From NCBI GenBank assembly GCA_045863335.1, contig BTVY01000002.1:1-64000 (forward strand): a stretch of 64,000 nucleotides of DNA. The letters run 5' to 3'. This document shows, in pieces, positions 58,920 to 64,000 of the stretch. A program made the position numbers and the translations under genes. The notes under the pieces were generated by a model. That model searched no databases. It saw nothing but the letters and a program-made list of their open reading frames with translations, and was not told the origin of the DNA. This stretch comes from Candidatus Hydrogenedentota bacterium (GTDB lineage: Bacteria > Hydrogenedentota > Hydrogenedentia > Hydrogenedentales > SLHB01). The first letter of the stretch is position 1, and every line of letters begins with the position of its first letter.

Positions 58920-59960
58920 TCAGGTCTCCGCGAGCGTGGTGTTCTTGACGACATCCACGAGATGGCAGACACTCTCGAATGGCGTTTCCCGCAGGAGACC
59001 GTGGCTCAGGTTAAAGATATGGCCGCGATGTTCGCCCTGGCGAATGCATTCGCGGGCGGCTTCCGCAATTTCTTCTTTGGAGCCCGTCACCAACAGGCGG
59101 TTGTCGAGGTTCCCCTGAAGAACCCGGTCAGCGCCGAGGCGATGCCGTGTCTCGGAAATGCTCGGGGTTGCGGCCAAGCTCAGAATGTCCGCTCCCGACG
59201 CGTCGAGCGTGTCGAGATCCGGCCAGTCGCGCGCGAACATGATGGTGGGCACGGAACCGCGCAGCGCTTCAAAGATGCGTCGCTGGTACGGCAACGCAAA
59301 TTCCCGGTACTCGTCGGCGGTGAACAGATAGGCGGCCGATTCAAAGAGTTGCCAGGCCGCCGCGCCGGCATTGATCTGCAAGCGCAGGTAGTCGATGGTC
59401 ATATTCGTCAACTTGTCGAGTAGCCGATGCAGCGCTTCGGGCTGTTCTCTCATGAACGCGCTGAACCGGTCAGCCCGCTTGCCAAAGCTCCCGCCCTGGA
59501 TCAGAAACACGGCCAGCGTGAGTGGCGCGCCTGCAAATCCGAGTACGGGAAGTTCGCCGTCGAGGGCCTTGTACACGAGCCGGAAGGTCTCGGGGATGAA
59601 GGGAAGCTCATCCGCGACGTCGTAGAGATGCAGCGCATCCAGTGCATCGATGGATTGAAAGTCCTTCTCAAATTCCGGTCCCGAATTAAAGGCGAACGCG
59701 GCGCCCATGGGCGCGAGTGGCGTCAAGATATCCTGGAAATAGATGATGGCGTCCACGCCGATGCGTTTTGGAAGCAGTGAAATTTGCGCCGCGAGTTCCG
59801 GGTGGCAGAAGAGTTCGTGGAGTGGCAGGCCCGACGTTTCCTTGAGTTTGTTGTATTCGGGATCGGTGCGGCCCGCCTGGCGCATCATCCAGATGGGAGT
59901 GCGCGAAGTTTTTTCGCCGCGAGCGGCGCGGATAAGGAGGTCGTTTTTAAAGTTTTGCAA
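58920..59960 (-). CDS. hemE: Uroporphyrinogen decarboxylase
   Basis: PIWMMRQAGR, DAIIYFQDIL, GFAGAP.TL, QLFES, LQGNLD, HIFNLSHG; TTG start is uncertain. Confidence 0.9.
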   Translation of the reverse strand: MQNFKNDLLIRAARGEKTSRTPIWMMRQAGRTDPEYNKLKETSGLPLHELFCHPELAAQISLLPKRIGVDAIIYFQDILTPLAPMGAAFAFNSGPEFEKDFQSIDALDALHLYDVADELPFIPETFRLVYKALDGELPVLGFAGAPLTLAVFLIQGGSFGKRADRFSAFMREQPEALHRLLDKLTNMTIDYLRLQINAGAAAWQLFESAAYLFTADEYREFALPYQRRIFEALRGSVPTIMFARDWPDLDTLDASGADILSLAATPSISETRHRLGADRVLQGNLDNRLLVTGSKEEIAEAARECIRQGEHRGHIFNLSHGLLRETPFESVCHLVDVVKNTTLAET

Positions 59961-60060
59961 TGGTTTGTTCCGGACGTTGTATGGCGTTTGGATGAGGAAT
60001 TATAGCGTTTGCGGAAATCTGAACTCCAAGGTTCGTTGAGTTGCGAGAAAGTTTCGGTTT

Positions 60061-60167
60061 CTGTCGCCCTATCCGGGGCTCTCACGACGTTTGGTGGCCC
60101 TGTACCCGGGGTTCCGCTCGTGCCTCGCTCCACCCCGGGCTACATTCGAGTCGCCCCTTCCGGGGCT
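60061..60167. repeat. Three-hairpin REP/MITE-like module (family B), copy 2
   Basis: Core TACCCGGGGTTCCGCTCGTGCCTCGCTCCACCCCGGGC (60103-60140) with flanking GCCC..TCCGGGGCT hairpins; matches 2591-2695. Confidence 0.8.
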
Positions 60168-60185
60168 TCATTCTGGCGCGTGGGC

Positions 60186-62321
60186 TCACTCAATAGTGAC
60201 TGATGGTGCTATGGCGTACGTCCTGGCATCGAGATCGATGGTTATGGTGGTTCCATCGGCGTAAGTGGCGCGCTGCTTTCTAAAGGAGCCGTCCAGGAAC
60301 TCGTGGTTCACCATCTCTTGCGATGCGAGGCGCTCATTTAACTCACACGCTTCTTGGACACGCGCGACCTGGGCCTCGTCGGGGCCGAGGCCGACGTAGG
60401 GTAGGCCCGCGTTCAGGAGGCAATGGAGCCATGCCGCGTCGCCCTTGGGAATGCCCCAACCGCCGTCCTCCCCCATCTCCCAGGGCAGGAGGAGGCAGTC
60501 GTGGTACACGAGGTTCCAGAGAGGGATCGGAATGCCGCGCGCTTCGCCGCCGCCGTAATGAGGGTAGGTTCCGTAGGGGCCGTGGTGCACCAGGTCGAGG
60601 TGGGGCGCGAGGTAGTCGGTGGGTTCTTCCGAACTGACCACGTAGCCTCTTGCGCGAAGCAGGTCGAAACTTTGCTGCCGGTAGTGGGCGCACTCGCTGC
60701 GCGTCACGGGATGGGCGGCCGCAGTACTTTCCTCGAGCGGGACCACGGAGAATACGTCGAGATAGGCACCCTTCACCTTGATGCCATGAGACGCGAACAG
60801 ATCATGATTGCGCCGCACGTACTCCGGCGCGAAGCGGCTGCTGAGGATGGTCTGGGGACCGCCGCACCACGTGGAGGTCTCTTCGCGGGTGCCGTCGAAA
60901 CGGTACGCCGCTAGCCGGTCGTCGAAGGATGCGGCATTCAGATAAAAGTCGCGGTACTGGTCGTGTACGGCGAACAAAAATCCGAGTTCGTCGCAGGTAT
61001 CGGCGAACCGGCGGAGTCCCTCCCATCCCCCCTGCTCTTCGCCGGGCGGCAGCACATCGGGATGGCCGTTGTCGTAGCCGTAGAACCCCCAGCCGTCGAG
61101 GTGGACGTAGGCGTCATCAATACCCCGTTCGTTGAGTCCGCGCAAACCGTCGGCGAGTTGGTCGAAAGTGTTCAATCCATGATTGGCTTCGATGCGCTCC
61201 TTGTTAAAGAGCGCCGACTCCTGCACGAAATGGTAGAGTGCGCCGATGTGCACCACGGGACGGCCGATGACTTCGTTGAGGTTTGGTGTGCGGACGCGCT
61301 TTTCGTCGATGGTAACCAGGCGTCCGTCCTCCTGCACGTAGCGTCGATAGCGCTTGGCCATGCGGACGTAAGTGGATTCGTCGTCGAAGACGTAGCGGAT
61401 GGTACGCAGATATCGGACCTTGCCCATGCTCGAATACCAGCGGGGACGGATGATGGTAGGACCTCCGGGTGCATGATTGTAAAAGGCGCCCGCGTCGTCG
61501 CTGGACTCCAGAATGGTTTGAACGCCGTGTCCATCGCGGATCTGGCCCCACCAGGGCATATACAGAGAGCGCGAGTTGCACAGGCTCGACTCGTGGAACT
61601 CCTGCTGCGAGTTGCCGGGGAGCAGCATACCCTGCATGTTTGGGATGACGGCAAAGTCGGCGTCGGTGGCGCCGGTTTCGATGGCCTTGGGCCAGTGGAT
61701 GTGTCTGAAAGTATGGGCATCGTCGACGGCGGCCAGTTCGAATACGATCTCGTCGCCGATGAGGTTCGCGGTCAGACGAAGGATTAGTCTCGGAGCGTCC
61801 GGGAAGTCTGAGCAGGTCAAGGTCATCCCAACGCTGTAGCCGGTCCGGAACTCCGCCGCTTCGATGGTCTTGGCCGCGGTCAGCGCGAAGGATTGGTCGA
61901 CGAGTTCCACATCGGTCGCGTCACTCGGGAAGAAATGCCACGTGGTCGCCGGGGTCGTGACCGTCATGGAGAGATCCGACCTGTTGATCCGCAATTCAAT
62001 CGAGGGGTTGGTCACGATCCACGCGTCGGAAGTTTCCTCGAAGGTGCCGGAGGCGACTTCAGGTTTGGAGGCGGCGTGTTCCCAGAGCCAGGTGCGGACC
62101 GCGTCCATGTCGCGATAGAGCTGGTTGAACGCTTCTTCGGATTCAGCGCCGGCCTCGAGTTTGAGGCGAAGGTCTTCGAGCTTGCGCTCCTTCTCGGACT
62201 GGTTTTCGGCCGATACCGCGACTGTGCCGAGGCGTTCGAGATGGAATTTCAGGGTATCCACGCGCGGTGCGAGATCGCCCGCGGCGAATGCCTGGCAAAG
62301 TACGAGTAGTGTTGCAAGCAT
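60186..62321 (-). CDS. Secreted glycoside hydrolase-like protein (GH129/GH101-like, DUF5696)
   Basis: LYMPWWGQ, HLDGW...GYDNGHPD, HDQYRD, YLDVF, VSSEE, IPLWNLVYHDC motifs; signal-like N-terminus. Confidence 0.8.
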   Translation of the reverse strand: MLATLLVLCQAFAAGDLAPRVDTLKFHLERLGTVAVSAENQSEKERKLEDLRLKLEAGAESEEAFNQLYRDMDAVRTWLWEHAASKPEVASGTFEETSDAWIVTNPSIELRINRSDLSMTVTTPATTWHFFPSDATDVELVDQSFALTAAKTIEAAEFRTGYSVGMTLTCSDFPDAPRLILRLTANLIGDEIVFELAAVDDAHTFRHIHWPKAIETGATDADFAVIPNMQGMLLPGNSQQEFHESSLCNSRSLYMPWWGQIRDGHGVQTILESSDDAGAFYNHAPGGPTIIRPRWYSSMGKVRYLRTIRYVFDDESTYVRMAKRYRRYVQEDGRLVTIDEKRVRTPNLNEVIGRPVVHIGALYHFVQESALFNKERIEANHGLNTFDQLADGLRGLNERGIDDAYVHLDGWGFYGYDNGHPDVLPPGEEQGGWEGLRRFADTCDELGFLFAVHDQYRDFYLNAASFDDRLAAYRFDGTREETSTWCGGPQTILSSRFAPEYVRRNHDLFASHGIKVKGAYLDVFSVVPLEESTAAAHPVTRSECAHYRQQSFDLLRARGYVVSSEEPTDYLAPHLDLVHHGPYGTYPHYGGGEARGIPIPLWNLVYHDCLLLPWEMGEDGGWGIPKGDAAWLHCLLNAGLPYVGLGPDEAQVARVQEACELNERLASQEMVNHEFLDGSFRKQRATYADGTTITIDLDARTYAIAPSVTIE

Positions 62322-62369
62322 GACGTGTTCCCCCGAAAGCAAATTCAACAAGCTTGGTCTACCGTCCAC

Positions 62370-62537
62370 CTAGTCTCGCGCGCGGCGGGTCAAGATGGCG
62401 AGTATGACCCCCACGATGGCGATGCCGCCCCAGAGGCGCAGATCACCACCCAGGCCAGTCATCACGTAAATCCCCGATACGTTGGCGAGAAAACCCAACA
62501 CTCCTACGATGGCTAATATGATTCCGATGAGCGTCAT
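62370..62537 (-). CDS. Small 55-aa two-TM membrane protein (absent from the ORF track)
   Basis: GGAGG RBS 7 nt before ATG; translates to MTLIGIILAIVGVLGFLANVSGIYVMTGLGGDLRLWGGIAIVGVILAILTRRARD*. Confidence 0.75.
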   Translation of the reverse strand: MTLIGIILAIVGVLGFLANVSGIYVMTGLGGDLRLWGGIAIVGVILAILTRRARD

Positions 62538-62673
62538 TGAATGGCCTCCCAGCGTTGTCCCCGGAAATGAATGGGGGAAGTATAAGCCGGGGTGCGATGC
62601 TGTTCAACCGATGGAATCGCAAGGGGATGCGCGGTACAATGCGCGCGAGGCGGTACGAGTGAAAGGAGTGTTT

Positions 62674-64000
62674 GTGCGGATTGGGTACTTTGTCGCGGCG
62701 TGGGCATTGATTGCTGTTTATGCGTTTGGATTTGCCCCTACGACCGACCAGGCTGACGTGTCCGTGCGGTATGCGACTCCCGAGCGGAACGTTCTGATTG
62801 TCGAAGGGCAGACTTACACGCTCCATCTGGACCTCGCTATCGCGGCCATCACGCAGTTCCAGGCCGGGGACGAAACGCTCATCGGCGAATACGCGATGCT
62901 GCCGACCTTGAATACGGGGGCGGTCAAAGGGCCCGGACGCATCAACATCTACAGCTTCGGCACGCAGATGTACGAGATTCATCTGCGCGACTTGAAGTGG
63001 ACCGATCTGGACGCCGACATCGAGATCGTTCTGTACTGCTACGCCAAGCGCGTGTTTGCCAACGTGAATGTGATTCCCCAGGGGGAAAGCCGGGACCTCG
63101 AAGTAGGCTGGCTGGGATCGGTAAAACACTCCGCGGACATCCTCAGCTATGAGGATGATTACGCCGTGAAACTCGCGTCTGGGGAGCAACGGCCCCGCAT
63201 CGCGGCGCTGGTTCCCCGCCACCAGACGCCCGACGGCCGGGGCGTGCCGACACGCATCGCATTGAATCCACCCGAGCGCTTGATGATCGGCAGCCGGTAT
63301 TCGGCGGGGTTCGAGGGTGTTCGGACGGCAGGTTTGATCCTGGTCGCGGGGGAAACGCACGAGAACCTGGTAAACATCGCGACGGTGGAGGCGTCCGCGG
63401 CACGGTATGAATTCACGGTTGCGGGAGGCCGGTACGATGGATACCGGGCGTTGAAGGGCTTTTACGAGGTCACGACGGAGTACCGGGGACCGCGCAGTTT
63501 TGAGACGGCGTGGGTGAATCCAAATCAGCGGTACGAAGTCGAATTGTCGGTATCGGCGCCGGAGGGCCTGCCGTCCGCCGAGCTGATCTGCAACGTGCGG
63601 AATGAGTACGGCGTTCTCGAAGCGGCAGTGCTGACGGACGAGGATGGGTTTCCCCTGCCGGTCCAAGTGCAGGTAAGCAAGAACTTCGGCGGAGAAAAAG
63701 AAGAAGGCGAAGCCGAGGGCGATGCGCCTTACGGCGAGTCTTACGTGCCGATTTCCGTTGCACCATCCGCGCCGTTCTCGGGAAAGGTCTACCACCTCTT
63801 CGGGAACTGGGGCACCCATCCTCTGAAGCAGATATCGTCCATTCGGTTCTATCACCACTACTTCCACGCTTCGCTGGGGCCTACAGAGACCTTTTGTTAC
63901 GTGCCGTTCGAATATCCGCGTGACGACGATCGCGACTACGTGATGGCCGATGTCCGGGGACTGTCAAACGATACGTGGCCGGGACAGCCCCAGCACGACC
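62674..64000 (+). CDS. Secreted hypothetical protein, truncated by the window end (absent from the ORF track)
   Basis: AAGGAG RBS, GTG start, signal peptide MRIGYFVAAWALIAVYAFG, and an open frame with typical codon usage to the end of the window. Confidence 0.8.
   Translation, partial: MRIGYFVAAWALIAVYAFGFAPTTDQADVSVRYATPERNVLIVEGQTYTLHLDLAIAAITQFQAGDETLIGEYAMLPTLNTGAVKGPGRINIYSFGTQMYEIHLRDLKWTDLDADIEIVLYCYAKRVFANVNVIPQGESRDLEVGWLGSVKHSADILSYEDDYAVKLASGEQRPRIAALVPRHQTPDGRGVPTRIALNPPERLMIGSRYSAGFEGVRTAGLILVAGETHENLVNIATVEASAARYEFTVAGGRYDGYRALKGFYEVTTEYRGPRSFETAWVNPNQRYEVELSVSAPEGLPSAELICNVRNEYGVLEAAVLTDEDGFPLPVQVQVSKNFGGEKEEGEAEGDAPYGESYVPISVAPSAPFSGKVYHLFGNWGTHPLKQISSIRFYHHYFHASLGPTETFCYVPFEYPRDDDRDYVMADVRGLSNDTWPGQPQHD

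Overview
GC-rich (by eye about 60-65%) bacterial chromosomal segment with no prophage, CRISPR array, rRNA or intact transposase. The gene content (many secreted carbohydrate-active and FAD-dependent enzymes, CehA/McbA and URO-D-like paralogues, radA-disA, MetX-MetW fusion) suggests a diderm environmental lineage such as Ca. Hydrogenedentota or the PVC group; this is inference only. Housekeeping genes: lysA, radA-disA-pyrK, bcp, cysK-metY-metX/W, rfbA, hemE, a SurA/PrsA-like PPIase. Most notable: (1) an intact tRNA-Leu at 35471-35557 with promoter- and terminator-like flanks whose anticodon reads AAG, an A34 tRNA that is rare in bacteria; (2) a DUF547 / VTT(DedA) / MerA-like flavoprotein / triple glycosyltransferase-fusion cluster of the TIGR04282/TIGR04283 type with no recognisable ArsS or ArsM, where the VTT and flavoprotein genes are in frame and separated by a single TGA, plus a stand-alone radical SAM gene about 16 kb away; (3) an M1-aminopeptidase-fold protein with a degenerate zinc motif; (4) at least six distinct families of intergenic REP/REPIN-like palindromes, one showing a compensatory base-pair change; (5) a probable IS1202/ISNCY-type terminal repeat at the window start. 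All family assignments come from motif recognition by eye, not from database searches.
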